Shown in pieces: positions 40,766-49,960 of a DNA stretch of 64,000 nucleotides. Source of the DNA: Minisyncoccota bacterium (GTDB lineage: Bacteria > Patescibacteriota > Minisyncoccia > Phycocordibacterales > UBA9973); NCBI GenBank assembly GCA_031413715.1, contig JANOFO010000003.1, positions 75,047-139,046 of the forward strand, given 5' to 3'. Made by a program: the position numbers and the translations under genes. The notes beneath the pieces are model-generated. The model ran no database searches, was not told the DNA's origin, and saw only the letters and a list, made by a program, of their open reading frames with translations. How positions within the stretch are numbered: the first letter of the stretch is position 1; every line of letters begins with the position of its first letter.

Positions 40766-40884
40766 GCGGAGACGAAGAAAATTTCGATCCTTACAGGATC
40801 AGTATACCTTTCCCATTCATTCTTCATATGGAAAAGGTTTTCGAATCTCTCACGCAAGCAAAAAACGTTGCTTGGTCGTCTCCG
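40766..40884. ncRNA. Structured element, copy 2. It has the same core as 10141-10261 with an outer stem cggagacga/tcgtctccg.
   Basis: Conserved core AATTTCGATCCTTACAGGATCAGTATACCTTT(T/C)CCATTCA...TTCATATGGAAAAGGTTTTCGAATC(C/T)CT(G/C)ACGCAAG. The last hairpin is caagcaa-aaaacg-ttgcttg. Confidence 0.5.
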
Positions 40885-41237
40885 CTTTCGCGGGGCTCAA
40901 GCGGAGAGCGTCGAGTTGGAACTTTTTATAGGCAAGACCTGTAAGGTTATTTTAGCACTTTTTGAGAATCTTAATCGACGTATCTCGTGCGCTTCAAAAA
41001 ATGACATGGTATTGAGTATAAAAGGTGCACTCATCTGTCACTTTTTGGCTATATTTTAGTGCCATATTGTGCTATAATAATGACATGAAAATAGGTGGAA
41101 AAACACAAACCAATAGCCGAACAACCTTCTCTATAAAGGCTCTAAACAAGGATCAAGTCAAGTCTCGATCCTTCGATACCATGCGCACATCCTTTGCCAT
41201 CGAGGGCATTCGTTTTAGCGAGTCGCAATTCGCAGCC

Positions 41238-41846
41238 CTAAAGTCCGGGCGACATCTCAAGAAATAGTCTTTCCATCAGACTATACTCTTTTTGGCCAGC
41301 TTGCTGCACAGCCGCAATATATTCCTCAATATTATTTTCCAGAATTTTGAAATCCAATTCCTTGCCTGTCTTTGACATATAGACCATATTGGTGAACATT
41401 CGGATCGTTCTTCCATTGCCTTCACGGAAGGGGTGAATGAACAATAGCTCGGCATGCATTCGCGCCAAATCGGTCAACAGTACTTCTTCGTCATTCGGAA
41501 TACCTTTTAGTTGATTCAAGAACTCGTTTTCAAAATCACTCATTACTTGTGCTAGAAAACTAGCGGGAGGAAAGGTAAAGTTCCCCTTTGACATGTTCAC
41601 TGTTCTCAGTTTCCCTGCAAAACTATACAAATGACCCAAGGCACTCTTGTGTAGTTTATAAAGATAGAACAAATCAAAAATAGTATCATCAGATAGTTCG
41701 TCAATGGCCTTTTGCTGGGCATGAACAAAACCAAGAAATTCTGATTCGGCAATTTCCTCAGTCAGTGTGAAATTCGAGAGGTTTGGCAAGACCTCGCCTT
41801 CCACCTCATTGTCAGGAACAGTATATTTATCAATATTGATACTCAT
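41238..41846 (-). CDS. Fic/DOC family protein
   Basis: HPFREGNGRTIR Fic motif. Confidence 0.85.
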   Translation of the reverse strand: MSINIDKYTVPDNEVEGEVLPNLSNFTLTEEIAESEFLGFVHAQQKAIDELSDDTIFDLFYLYKLHKSALGHLYSFAGKLRTVNMSKGNFTFPPASFLAQVMSDFENEFLNQLKGIPNDEEVLLTDLARMHAELLFIHPFREGNGRTIRMFTNMVYMSKTGKELDFKILENNIEEYIAAVQQAGQKEYSLMERLFLEMSPGL

Positions 41847-41962
41847 ACACCTATTTTATCACAAAGAGTGAGACAGACTAAGACACAAAAAAGAGGCACT
41901 GAAACAGTTTGAAGAATTAATAGACAAAATCAATCTTAATGAGATCGAGGTTAAGTGAATTA

Positions 41963-42058
41963 CCAAAACTAACAGGTTCTCAATGCAGGCAGTTTGGTAC
42001 GCAGTAGGAACTACTTTGTTGATAAATAAGGGTTAAATACCCTCCAGTATATTTATAG
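41963..42058. repeat. Dispersed repeat modules M2+M3. They supply the last 9 codons and the stop of the truncated msrA.
   Basis: M2 (ccaaaactaacaggttctcaatgc) recurs at 46880-46902. M3 is about 95% identical to 38491-38553. Confidence 0.7.
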
Positions 42059-42251
42059 ACCCATCTAGAAGATTTTTGTATGAGGTTTTCGTTTCATCGT
42101 ATTCTATCTCCACAGCCTCAGCATGGCCTGGATGATTTTCGTATGTAGGAGTTGCATTTGTTCCTCCAGTATATCCAACGAGAGTATTAATAACCCCAAC
42201 CTGAGTCCTTGTGAGGTCTTCAAGTCCCAGAAACATCCACCCGCTGTACAA
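42033..42251 (-). pseudogene. msrA: Truncated peptide methionine sulfoxide reductase MsrA. It lacks the GCFWG catalytic Cys and ends inside the repeat.
   Basis: LVGYTGGTNATPTYENHPGHAEAVEIEYD is MsrA core sequence. The ORF stops after about 70 aa with repeat-encoded ..SINILEGI*. Confidence 0.55.
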
Positions 42252-42256
42252 TTTTC

Positions 42257-42622
42257 TTATTCATTAGATTTACCAGGAATAAACTTCATTGATATTGAAT
42301 TTACACAATGACGGATATCTTTTTCTGTTAACCCTTCACCTGTAAATAAATGTCCTAGATGCCCACCACATTTTTCACATGTTATCTCTGTACGCATTCC
42401 ATCTTTATCTATACTTTTGTGTATTGCACCAGATATCTCATCATCAAAACTAGGCCAACCACAAGTAGATTCGAATTTACTATGTGAGTCATATAAAGGT
42501 GCGTCACATTGCTTGCAAACATAGACCCCATTCCCCTCGTTATTTACATACTCACCTGTAAATCGAGCCTCTGTTCCTTTGTCTAAAATAACTCTTTTTT
42601 CCTCTTCGTTTAGTGTATTCAT
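42257..42622 (-). CDS. msrB: Peptide methionine (R)-S-oxide reductase MsrB
   Basis: Two CxxC zinc motifs ([20 protein letters not shown]) and RYCINS-like HCVNS. Confidence 0.9.
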   Translation of the reverse strand: MNTLNEEEKRVILDKGTEARFTGEYVNNEGNGVYVCKQCDAPLYDSHSKFESTCGWPSFDDEISGAIHKSIDKDGMRTEITCEKCGGHLGHLFTGEGLTEKDIRHCVNSISMKFIPGKSNE

Positions 42623-42650
42623 ATTTAATTAAATTAAAAAATAATAATCT

Positions 42651-44408
42651 TTATCCAAAGGTAAATGTAAATGCTTGTAATCCTGCTTTTGGTAATACAA
42701 TACGAAGTATGTGTTTTTCGTAATCGGCATCACTAATGAGCTGATAGAGAGTTTCATTTTTTATTGCTACTTTTTTTACAAACACATCGTCTTTATAAAT
42801 CTCAACTTCCACACCTTCAGTTGATCCGGCAGTAATATATACATTCTTTGCTTCATACTTAAAGACAATACTCCCTGCACTTTTATTTTCTGCATATTCA
42901 GAAGTTATGTTCCATGTGCCACCAAGATATAGTTTGCTTGAAATAATGTTTGTAGGAACAGAGAGTAATTGCTCTCCACTTATACCACTCTTTCCATTAG
43001 CAAGAAGACTATTTCTCGCCGATCCAAAATATGTTTCAGGACTATTCACCTTTGATGAATCTACTGAAGTAACATTAGTTGGTTTTGATATGTCATTACT
43101 TATTTCTGTATCTTTATTCAGACGATAATTGAGTTCATTTAATGCTTTCTGAATTTGCTTTTCTGTTTCTGTATATTGACCTTCTCCTGCATGGTCATAC
43201 ACGATGTAACCATCAATATCTATAAGGTACTTTCTTGGCCAGTATTGATTTTCATATGCTCTCCATGTTGAGAAGTCATTGTCTAATACTACAGGATATT
43301 TTATGCCAAAATCTTGTACTGCTTTTTCTACATTTTTCTGTATTTTCTCAAAAGCAAATTCAGGGGCATGTAATCCGATTATCACCAGTCCAGCGTCCTC
43401 ATATTTTTTATACCATTCGTTTAAGTATGGAATAGTCCGCTGGCAATTAATACAGCTATACGTCCAAATATCTAGCAATACAACTTTCTTGCCTTTATAC
43501 TGAGAGATTGTAACCGGCAAGCTGTTTGTATTTATATAGCCATCGATAGAACTTAGGTCAGGTGCAAGTGTATATTTTCTTTGTTTTTGCGCAAGACTTA
43601 AAAATGATATTTCTTTTTCTTTCAGTGTATCTTCAGTAGGTACTTCTGAGTTTTCATTTTTACTTTCGTCCTTAGTTTTATTTTCAGTATCTAATAATTT
43701 TTGTTCAATTTTTGTAACATCAAGGAATCCTGAGTTCAGTAGACTAATTTGTATTTTTTTATCATATCCAGAGATTATAGCGAGTGCTACTAAAATAAAA
43801 ATAATTCCGAATATCTTTTTAAACCATCCTCTTGGATCTGAAACTTTTCCAACTTTAGCCATAATTCGTTCACCTAGTAGGGCTACAATGATAAGGGCAA
43901 GTGATAAACCTAGCACATATGCCATAAGATATATCATTCCCAATATCGGTGACACTGGTAAAATTGTAGCCAAGATCACAAAGTAAGTTGGGCTACAAGC
44001 AGAAAATATGGGACCAAGAGATGCACCTATAATGACATCGCCCCAGATGCTATCTTTTTTATATCCCTCCGAAAGAACTCTGTTTGATTTTAAAGATAGC
44101 GTATTTGCGAAAGAGAATTTCTCCCAAATACTTGGGAAAATCATAGTGATACCAAAGAAGAATATAATTCCACCAGAGATCCATTTCCAAAAATCTTGAG
44201 GGATGTCTATTAGTAAGGAGCTCGCTTTCAGAAGTAGGGTGAAAAGTATCACAGATACTGCGAGAGAAGCTACCACAACAAACAGCCTCCTTCTGCTTGG
44301 GGTAGTATCCGTAATAGAGTGCCCAACAATTACGGGTAATAGTGGCAAGATACACGGAGCAAGTATTGTAAGTACACCACTTACAAATGAGATCAGGAGG
44401 AGCAACAT
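42651..44408 (-). CDS. Thiol-disulfide oxidoreductase: a CcdA/DsbD-like TM domain fused to a thioredoxin-like (TlpA/ResA) domain and a C-terminal beta-rich domain
   Basis: N-terminal TM domain with APCILPLLP, plus a thioredoxin-like block GKKVVLLDIWTYSCINCQRTIPYL. Confidence 0.65.
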   Translation of the reverse strand: MLLLLISFVSGVLTILAPCILPLLPVIVGHSITDTTPSRRRLFVVVASLAVSVILFTLLLKASSLLIDIPQDFWKWISGGIIFFFGITMIFPSIWEKFSFANTLSLKSNRVLSEGYKKDSIWGDVIIGASLGPIFSACSPTYFVILATILPVSPILGMIYLMAYVLGLSLALIIVALLGERIMAKVGKVSDPRGWFKKIFGIIFILVALAIISGYDKKIQISLLNSGFLDVTKIEQKLLDTENKTKDESKNENSEVPTEDTLKEKEISFLSLAQKQRKYTLAPDLSSIDGYINTNSLPVTISQYKGKKVVLLDIWTYSCINCQRTIPYLNEWYKKYEDAGLVIIGLHAPEFAFEKIQKNVEKAVQDFGIKYPVVLDNDFSTWRAYENQYWPRKYLIDIDGYIVYDHAGEGQYTETEKQIQKALNELNYRLNKDTEISNDISKPTNVTSVDSSKVNSPETYFGSARNSLLANGKSGISGEQLLSVPTNIISSKLYLGGTWNITSEYAENKSAGSIVFKYEAKNVYITAGSTEGVEVEIYKDDVFVKKVAIKNETLYQLISDADYEKHILRIVLPKAGLQAFTFTFG

Positions 44409-44409
44409 G

Positions 44410-45015
44410 TTATTTTACTTCGGATACAAGCTTCGAGAGAGTTGGACTACCACTCCATTTCTTGATCATATTTCCATCTTTATCAACTTGCACAAATGTG
44501 TGTTGGTAAGTGACACCATACTTTTTCTTTAGGTCGCTTGAGTTGTCATAATTAACATATAAAATAGAGAGACTCGCTGGAATCTTCCCAAGATTTGCTT
44601 TTATGTCTTTGTCCACTGCAATACATGTAGGACACCAACTAGCTCTAAAAAACAAAACTACATCATGTGTCGCAGAAGCCAAAATAACTTTCTCTGATGA
44701 ATAAGCTTCATATGAACCAGCTTTCATCATGGTGTCTGCTTTCTCCATCATACTTGTTTCGTCTTTCTTCATCATGCTGTCAGTCTTTGTAGTATCCGCT
44801 TTCATCATTACATCTTTTTCTTCCATAGCCTTTTTCTCCATCATTGCTTTTTCCTCAGCCATTTTTTTATCTTCCATGGCTTGTTGTTCCATCTTTTCTT
44901 TAGCCATCATTACATCTTTTTTACTATTTGTTGATGCATATATTCCTCCCACTATTACGACTAGTGCAATAACCCCTATAATAATTCCTGTGTTTTTATT
45001 CATAAATATGTACAT
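44410..45015 (-). CDS. Membrane-anchored thioredoxin-like protein with a methionine-rich low-complexity linker
   Basis: WCPTC active site in VLFFRASWCPTCIAVD. The linker is M/K/E-rich (MMAKEKMEQQAMEDKKMAEEKAMMEKKAMEEKDVMMKADTTKTDSMMKKDETSMMEKADTMMKAG). Confidence 0.7.
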   Translation of the reverse strand: MYIFMNKNTGIIIGVIALVVIVGGIYASTNSKKDVMMAKEKMEQQAMEDKKMAEEKAMMEKKAMEEKDVMMKADTTKTDSMMKKDETSMMEKADTMMKAGSYEAYSSEKVILASATHDVVLFFRASWCPTCIAVDKDIKANLGKIPASLSILYVNYDNSSDLKKKYGVTYQHTFVQVDKDGNMIKKWSGSPTLSKLVSEVK

Positions 45016-45106
45016 TATTAATTAATAATTATAATAGATAAAGTATATACAATACTAAAACAGATGTAAAGTACGCTTTACATCTGTTTTAGTGGATAAC
45101 TTTATA

Positions 45107-45469
45107 TTAGAGGTTCTTGTCGCTCCACATCCGAGTAGCAATTTTAACTAAAATCATTACTATCAAAGCAATAACTAGCCATGGATCTACGGCGTGTGAG
45201 TATCCTTGTATTACTATACCAATCATCAGAATTGATGACCCAGCAAGGAATGCATTTCTTCCTGCAAGTGTACGGTGAGCATCATCTCGTTCATCTACTG
45301 TTTGCTCCCGAAGTATGAAGCTTGCAAATATGCCAAAGAGAACCAATGCTACTGCAAGCATAGCCATAACCATCATATCTGGCATCCAAAAATGGAAGGG
45401 GTTCAGTAAAAGAATTGCTATCGCAATCAAACACACAGTTATGATTGTTTCTTTGATGTTATTTTTCAT
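45107..45469 (-). CDS. DUF2178-like membrane protein
   Basis: Four TM helices. Overlaps and is co-oriented with the upstream XRE regulator, a known gene pair. Confidence 0.5.
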   Translation of the reverse strand: MKNNIKETIITVCLIAIAILLLNPFHFWMPDMMVMAMLAVALVLFGIFASFILREQTVDERDDAHRTLAGRNAFLAGSSILMIGIVIQGYSHAVDPWLVIALIVMILVKIATRMWSDKNL

Positions 45470-45671
45470 ATGATATTTTAAATACTTTCTCTACTGGCAT
45501 CTTGAAGTAGCCAGCAATCTTTAATGCTAATAATATAGACGGGGTGTAGTTGCCCTTCTCAAGAGCAATAATGGTTTGACGGCTCACGCTGACCTTGCTA
45601 GCAAGATCTTCTTGAGTAGCCCCTACTTGCGTCCGTAATTTTCCGACTTCATTTTTTATGCATTCTTTCAT
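45459..45671 (-). CDS. XRE-family helix-turn-helix transcriptional regulator
   Basis: LRTQVGATQEDLASKVSVSRQTIIALEKG. Confidence 0.8.
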   Translation of the reverse strand: MKECIKNEVGKLRTQVGATQEDLASKVSVSRQTIIALEKGNYTPSILLALKIAGYFKMPVEKVFKISYEK

Positions 45672-45770
45672 ATATTTTCGTATTTTGAGTATACATATTT
45701 ATTTCGATGATGTAAAGCCGTCTTTACTTTTTTATTAGAGAAAATAGTTAGAAAATGTTAACATTAGATC

Positions 45771-46226
45771 ATGGTTAAAAAGTTATTAATCGCAATAGTA
45801 ATAATCGCAGTAATTGGAATTGGATACTATCTTATCTCTCCACTTTTCATAAACATAAAAGCTAACGAAGCTGTACCTGTTTCAAATACAAAAGATATAC
45901 CAAAAGAAGTAGAGATTAAATCTGCTCAAATAGTAGGTACTTCAGGACACGAAGCTAGCGGATCGGTTCGGGTGATTTCTGACGGTATTGATACATATAT
46001 TAGATACGAGAATTTTAAGACAATCAATGGACCAGATATTTACATATACCTTGCAAAAGATTTAGATGCAAAAGAATATGTAAGCCTTGGCAAAGTAAAA
46101 GCCACTGAAGGAAATGTAAACTACAAAATACCTACAGGTGTAAACATCAAAGATTACAAATATGTGATGGTTTGGTGCAAAGCATTTGGGGTATTGTTTA
46201 ACCACGCTGATATTTCAAGTTTGTGA
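45771..46226 (+). CDS. DM13 domain protein (membrane-anchored)
   Basis: GHEASGSVRVISDG...YIRYENFKTINGPDIYIYL resembles a DM13 domain. Confidence 0.45.
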   Translation: MVKKLLIAIVIIAVIGIGYYLISPLFINIKANEAVPVSNTKDIPKEVEIKSAQIVGTSGHEASGSVRVISDGIDTYIRYENFKTINGPDIYIYLAKDLDAKEYVSLGKVKATEGNVNYKIPTGVNIKDYKYVMVWCKAFGVLFNHADISSL

Positions 46227-46260
46227 ATTTTTAATTAAAAGAGTAGTGAAGGAAAAGTAA

Positions 46261-46554
46261 GTGAAGAAGATATATAAAATCAAATCAAGTGTCTGGCTCT
46301 ATCCTGGTATGGCAGGATGGCATTTCGCAGGTATTCCAAAGAAAGAATCTGAAGAAATAAGAAGCAAGATAAAAATAAAAGCTGGTTTTGGTTCTGTTCC
46401 AGTTATGGTGACTATAGGTAAAACAAAATGGGAGACTTCTATATTCCCAGACAAGAGATCTGGCACATATTTACTACCACTAAAAGCCCAAGTTCGCAAA
46501 AAAGAAGGGATATTTTCTGAAGATACAATTTCTTTTAGTTTGGAATTAATATAA
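46261..46554 (+). CDS. DUF1905 domain protein
   Basis: VWLYPGMAGWHFAGIP...VPVMVTIGKTKWETSIFP. Confidence 0.55.
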   Translation: MKKIYKIKSSVWLYPGMAGWHFAGIPKKESEEIRSKIKIKAGFGSVPVMVTIGKTKWETSIFPDKRSGTYLLPLKAQVRKKEGIFSEDTISFSLELI

Positions 46555-46597
46555 AAAGTCTTATAATATAATTAATTATTAATAAGTTTTTAATACT

Positions 46598-46783
46598 ATG
46601 AAAACATTAAAATGTGATTTATGTGAAGTAACAGCACAAGGTGATACTTTTGAACAATGGATGCAAGCACTAATGCCTCATTATATGGAAGCTCATGCTG
46701 ATGTAATGAATGATCCATCAAAGACAAAAGAAGATCAAGAGAAGTGGATGGTTGAAAATAAGGCAAGATTTGAGACTGCCTAA
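46598..46783 (+). CDS. DUF1059-like small protein
   Basis: MKTLKCDLCEVTAQGDTFEQWMQALMPHYMEAH. Confidence 0.45.
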   Translation: MKTLKCDLCEVTAQGDTFEQWMQALMPHYMEAHADVMNDPSKTKEDQEKWMVENKARFETA

Positions 46784-46800
46784 AATATTTTATATCAACA

Positions 46801-46828
46801 AAAAAGAACGATACTCATCGTTCTTTTT
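46801..46828 (+). terminator. Rho-independent terminator
   Basis: aaaagaacgat-actc-atcgttctttttt. Confidence 0.7.
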
Positions 46829-46900
46829 TGTAACATGAAGCTTTGTGGGTCGCACCTCAAGCTAGAGCATGTGGGTCATCAAAACTAACAGATTGTCAAT

Positions 46901-46987
46901 GCGGAGACGGTGGGATTTGAACCCACGAGGGCGATTAAACCCTGCCTCCTTAGCAAGGAGGTACGTTAGACCACTCCGACACGTCTC
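46901..46987 (-). tRNA. tRNA-Ser (anticodon GCT), class II with a long variable arm
   Basis: GGAGACG...CCTCC-TTGCTAA-GGAGG-(long variable arm)-GTGGG-TTCAAAT-CCCAC-CGTCTCC-G. Confidence 0.8.
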
Positions 46988-47061
46988 CGTATAACGCTTT
47001 TATACCTTATCATATTTAGCATTTTTACTCAAAAAGTAATTATGCTAGTATGAGAGAATTA

Positions 47062-47196
47062 GGAAGCGTGGATATGAAATATGAACTGCTTCATATTTCA
47101 TCCGTTCGGCAACAAGTCGACAAACTAATGTGCGTCGCACAGGTTTGAGGGAAGGGCCCGGGAGGGCACGAAGACACGCTGACTGAGCAAAGCGAA
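47062..47196 (+). ncRNA. Structured insert starting with a 12-nt duplicate of the following tRNA's 5' end
   Basis: ggaagcgtggat is duplicated at 47062 and 47197. In between are a 12-bp hairpin atgaaatatgaa-ctgc-ttcatatttcat, a GC-rich segment, and cacgct (the inverse of agcgtg). Confidence 0.4.
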
Positions 47197-47282
47197 GGAA
47201 GCGTGGATGAGTGGTTTAAATCAACGGTTTACTAAACCGTCGTCCCTTTAAAGGACCGTGAGTTCGAATCTCACCGCTTCCG
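47197..47282 (+). tRNA. Class II tRNA (long variable arm). The hand fold gives anticodon loop TTACTAA, so the anticodon reads ACT (Ser) with an unusual A34.
   Basis: Acceptor GGAAGCG/CGCTTCC, a 3-bp D-stem, anticodon stem ACGGT/ACCGT, T-arm GTGAG-TTCGAAT-CTCAC. Isotype uncertain. Confidence 0.6.
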
Positions 47283-48890
47283 CATAGTAATACTTTCAGG
47301 CATGAAAGAAACATTCTGCCTTGATACATAAGTACCTTTATCGGTTCGAACTTGAATCAATTCTTGTTCGGCCTTTTTTAGATTCTCGAATATGAATTTG
47401 AACGGCATATGCAAATCTATAACGAGTTTCTGGTCTTTTATGAGGAGGTTCGAACCAAGACATGAAAAAATGGCTCGCTTAGTTTGCAAGTCTCCCTTTT
47501 GGAACCAGATTTGCGCATAGCGTGCGAAATTAAATGTTCTCTCGCTTAGTTCCATCCATTGTTCCTTAGCCTTGCCGTAGGCCTCTAATTCGGTCTCTAG
47601 GGCGTGTTTCTCCTTCACTAGGCCATTCTTGAGCATCTTGTAATCCTCATTGGTTATAAGCTCATTTTGGGTATTCTCTGCGGAAGTGTATTTAAGCAAC
47701 AAGCTATTTAACTGCGTATCAATTTCAGAAAGCCGCTTCTGCTTGTTAAGCAAAACTTGATGGTATGATTGAGCCTCATTTGAGCGTACTTCATGCAAAT
47801 ACTTTATTGCCCATTGCTGAAATCTTTCAGAAATAGTTATTCCGGAAATCAAAGTGTCAATTTGAGCGGTTAAAGATTCTAGTCTGACACTTCTCTCCGC
47901 ACAGTTCTTGTCTATTCTTTTCGTGCAGTGATAAAAAATATAAGTGTGGGTGTTACCATTCTTTTGTCTTTTTGTTTTTATCTCCGCAGTTATCATTGCT
48001 CCGCAACTTCCACACTTCATTAATCCTGTGAATGCGAAGCTGTGTTTCTTAGGTTTCGGTTTTCCTTTCTTACCGAGAATCACTTGAGCGCGTTCATACT
48101 CCTCATCACTTATCATTGCTTCATGATTACCTTTTTTATTTTCTTCGTTATCAGAATATCCTGCATAAAATCTATTAGAGAATAGCCTGTATACCCCTGC
48201 CTTCCCTAAAGACTTACCTTTATATTTTTTTGTCGTGCGAGTTCTTAAATGAAATTCATTATTGGCAATATCGAGAATTTGCATCACCGTATAATTTCCG
48301 GACAAGAGCATTTGCCACATCCGCTTTACAATATCGAAACGCTCAGGGTCATTAACTATGATGTTGTCTCCTTTATCGCGGATAATAGTGTTTAAGTATC
48401 CCAGCGGCGCCCGACCAGGACGCCAGCCCATCTCTATCTTTGTTTTTAATCCTCGTTTTACATTTACACTCAAGTCTCGAATGTATTGATTTGCAATACC
48501 GAATTCCAGATATGAAAGCAAAGAATTGTCTTCTGGATAATAATCTTTCTCTGGAGTTTTAATGTGCTTTATTTCACCTCGTTGAAGCATGCCTATAATT
48601 ATTCCAGCCTCATCTGGGTTTCGAGCTAGCCTATCTAACTTCCAACATAAAATACCACTGGCTTCACCTTTCTTTATTCGACTAATCATTTCATTAAAGA
48701 CCGGACGATTAGCTGGAGTCTTTGCAGATTTCGATTCTCTTAATTTGCTTACAATCTTAAAAGAAAGTCGCGTTCCTAAATCTTCAAGTGCTTTCTCTTG
48801 GGAATCAAGACTGAGAATCTGCCGGTCATCATCTTCTGTGGACTTTCGGCAGTAAATAAAATAATTATTTTGGTTATGTTTTGTGTTCAT
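47271..48890 (-). CDS. Large serine recombinase (resolvase/invertase N-terminal domain, recombinase domain, zinc ribbon, coiled-coil)
   Basis: YCRKSTEDDDRQ...SLDSQ catalytic Ser region, and CGSCGAMI...CTKRIDKNC zinc ribbon. The 3' end overlaps the tRNA 3' end by 12 nt. Confidence 0.85.
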   Translation of the reverse strand: MNTKHNQNNYFIYCRKSTEDDDRQILSLDSQEKALEDLGTRLSFKIVSKLRESKSAKTPANRPVFNEMISRIKKGEASGILCWKLDRLARNPDEAGIIIGMLQRGEIKHIKTPEKDYYPEDNSLLSYLEFGIANQYIRDLSVNVKRGLKTKIEMGWRPGRAPLGYLNTIIRDKGDNIIVNDPERFDIVKRMWQMLLSGNYTVMQILDIANNEFHLRTRTTKKYKGKSLGKAGVYRLFSNRFYAGYSDNEENKKGNHEAMISDEEYERAQVILGKKGKPKPKKHSFAFTGLMKCGSCGAMITAEIKTKRQKNGNTHTYIFYHCTKRIDKNCAERSVRLESLTAQIDTLISGITISERFQQWAIKYLHEVRSNEAQSYHQVLLNKQKRLSEIDTQLNSLLLKYTSAENTQNELITNEDYKMLKNGLVKEKHALETELEAYGKAKEQWMELSERTFNFARYAQIWFQKGDLQTKRAIFSCLGSNLLIKDQKLVIDLHMPFKFIFENLKKAEQELIQVRTDKGTYVSRQNVSFMPESITMRKR

Positions 48891-48891
48891 A

Positions 48892-49101
48892 CTATCTAAG
48901 GATGTAATAAATAATGGTTGGTATCATTAAAAAAATCATTAAGTGATAAAACTCAATCTTCTTTTTTAATTTACCTTCTTTGATAACTAAATGAATTAGT
49001 AATTCGTGAGGAGTTAATTGAAATCTTCTGCAATCTTGCTCAATTTTTTCCTCAGCTCGCATCTCCTCTACTTTCTCTTTTGTGGTTTTTTGATTACCCA
49101 T
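48892..49101 (-). CDS. Small hypothetical protein with a C-terminal TM helix, directly downstream of the recombinase. Its function is unknown; it could be a recombination-directionality factor.
   Basis: ORF only. Start taken at the internal Met MGNQKTTKEK. Confidence 0.3.
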   Translation of the reverse strand: MGNQKTTKEKVEEMRAEEKIEQDCRRFQLTPHELLIHLVIKEGKLKKKIEFYHLMIFLMIPTIIYYILR

Positions 49102-49460
49102 AAAATAATCTAAATTATTTTTAATAGGATAATCGCCAAGAACGCAAAAAGGGACGACTAGAGCCTGCGTCCCACAAGATTGAATTGCACAAGGCAACCA
49201 ATTGTGGAGGATAGTCGCCCCTTTCAGCCCGCAATTGGGCTTCCAAGAAGCAAAATACCCTGTGCACTTATTCAAACTTGTAGGACGCAAGTTAATTATA
49301 CCACCCCGGCAAGATATGTTAAATGGTTAACTGAACTCATAGTAATAACTATAATTAACTAATATAGTTAACAATATAGAATAACTTACTGTATAGGTAA
49401 CTATTAGCTATATAATAGATTTCCTATTAAGTGAAAGAGTTATCTATACCTTTGCCAGGA

Positions 49461-49790
49461 TTAGAATACTTGGTTAGCTTCCTCGTCATTGAGCTTATAA
49501 ATCTTCTTATAATGCTCTTTATTCGCGGCGTCGTAAGTGTCCCATATTTTAGTTTCCAGTTTATCCCAAATTTCTTTGTCGGGAGCAAAAAATATAGGAT
49601 GATACCTCCCGCCTCCGAGATACGCCGGTGGGGTTAGCCAGAGTTTTTGGCCTCTAGGGTTTTCGTATTGAGATTCCTGAATTCGGAATCCCTTCACCAG
49701 GAAATCACCAAAATCCACACCAACAATTGCCTTAACTTTACCTTCGGTGATTTTGACCTTAATTTTTACTTCATCGAAATCAATTTTCAT
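49461..49790 (-). CDS. SpoVG-like small protein (tentative)
   Basis: VKAIVGVDFGDFLVKGFRIQ...GRYHPIFFAPDK resembles the SpoVG fold. Confidence 0.3.
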   Translation of the reverse strand: MKIDFDEVKIKVKITEGKVKAIVGVDFGDFLVKGFRIQESQYENPRGQKLWLTPPAYLGGGRYHPIFFAPDKEIWDKLETKIWDTYDAANKEHYKKIYKLNDEEANQVF

Positions 49791-49960
49791 TTTTCATAAT
49801 GGTTACTCCATTCACTTTTAATAGGCTTGTATGTCGCATCAAAAAGCACCAGCAAGTTTATTGCTTGTTCTGTGGCAATTTCATTAGAGATTTGTTCCCC
49901 AAATTCCTCGCCCCAAATATTCTTAAATTCTAAGAGTGCTTTTTCTGACAACATAAAAGT
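49787..49960 (-). CDS. 57-aa helical protein coupled to the downstream gene by an ATGA overlap
   Basis: Manual translation: MLSEKALLEFKNIWGEEFGEQISNEIATEQAINLLVLFDATYKPIKSEWSNHYEK. It falls below the ORF-track length cutoff. Confidence 0.3.
   Translation of the reverse strand, partial: TFMLSEKALLEFKNIWGEEFGEQISNEIATEQAINLLVLFDATYKPIKSEWSNHYEK

Noticed and set aside
41025-41267. 80-aa ORF convergent with fic, considered as a possible Fic antitoxin
   Set aside because: It is on the opposite strand and overlaps the fic 3' end, with no antitoxin-like motif. I found no co-directional small ORF upstream of fic.
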